Part shown: piece after piece, positions 63,517-64,000 of the stretch
Layout of the letters: the number at the start of each line of letters is the position of its first letter
Numbering within the stretch: position 1 is the first letter of the stretch
Source of the DNA: Oikopleura dioica
Lineage: Eukaryota > Animalia > Chordata
Reading direction: 5' to 3'
DNA: 64,000 bases
NCBI GenBank assembly: GCA_907165135.1
Contig: OU015567.1
Coordinates: 124,001 to 188,000, forward strand
Position numbers and translations under genes: made by a program
The notes under the pieces: generated by a model
Told to the model about the DNA's origin: nothing
Database searches by the model: none
What the model saw: the letters and a program-made list of their open reading frames with translations, nothing else

Positions 63517-64000
63517 AATGAATCCCCAGTTTAATTAAAATAAAAGCTATTTCGCCGATTTTCTGTCCTAAAATTATTTTTTCTGCAAAACGAACTCAAC
63601 AGCAAAAAAGTAGAAATTTCATTTTCCCGGCCACGCTGCAATTATTTCTGTATAATCTTCTTTTCGATTTATTAATAAAATATTTATACATATCGAATTT
63701 CGCGAAATTGCCACTTTTATTATTTTTTTCGTTAAGGATCATTCAGACCCTCACATGGGTTTTAAAGATAAAAACCGCAAATTAATGAAAAGACCATTTG
63801 TTTTATTTTGATCAATTAAAACAAACGATCAAAAGATTCTTTATTTGGAAAAACGATCTTCCAACTAATTGGCGCACTAATTGAACTGCGTCGACATTGT
63901 ATCTTTATTTCTTCGCTTTCTAACATTCCCATTGAAAGGTGAGCAGCAAGACGATGAACATGTAAGTCTTCACGTTAAGCTTGTCCAGTGGCTTCATAGA

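Overview
This is AT-rich, gene-dense eukaryotic DNA with many 35-60 bp introns, several non-canonical GA-AG, GC-AG and GG-AG introns, closely spaced co-oriented genes and abundant MITEs. That style, plus an oikosin-type Cys-rich domain, points to the larvacean tunicate Oikopleura dioica or a close relative (inference). I assembled about 15 multi-exon genes by hand. They include a C-type lectin, a PLA2-like protein lacking the catalytic His-Asp, a 5'-truncated atlastin/GBP-like protein with three tandem C-terminal domains, a 10-repeat beta-thymosin, an oikosin-like mucin, ACADL, a trypsin-type protease, a secreted propeller-like protein, an XK-related gene, a CXorf65-like gene, a small neuropeptide-precursor-like gene and a type I membrane protein. 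Main highlights: (1) a hAT-type MITE that appears to have created introns by using its 8-bp target-site duplication as splice sites, with a GG donor; (2) a candidate unannotated 59-aa neuropeptide precursor; (3) the 10-repeat thymosin with shortened repeats; (4) a 56-bp hairpin tandem array inside a TA-flanked element; (5) a diverged protease-3'/ACADL-5' duplication flanking an XK gene. Exon boundaries were read by eye, and several genes show 1-bp indels in homopolymer runs that may be assembly errors.
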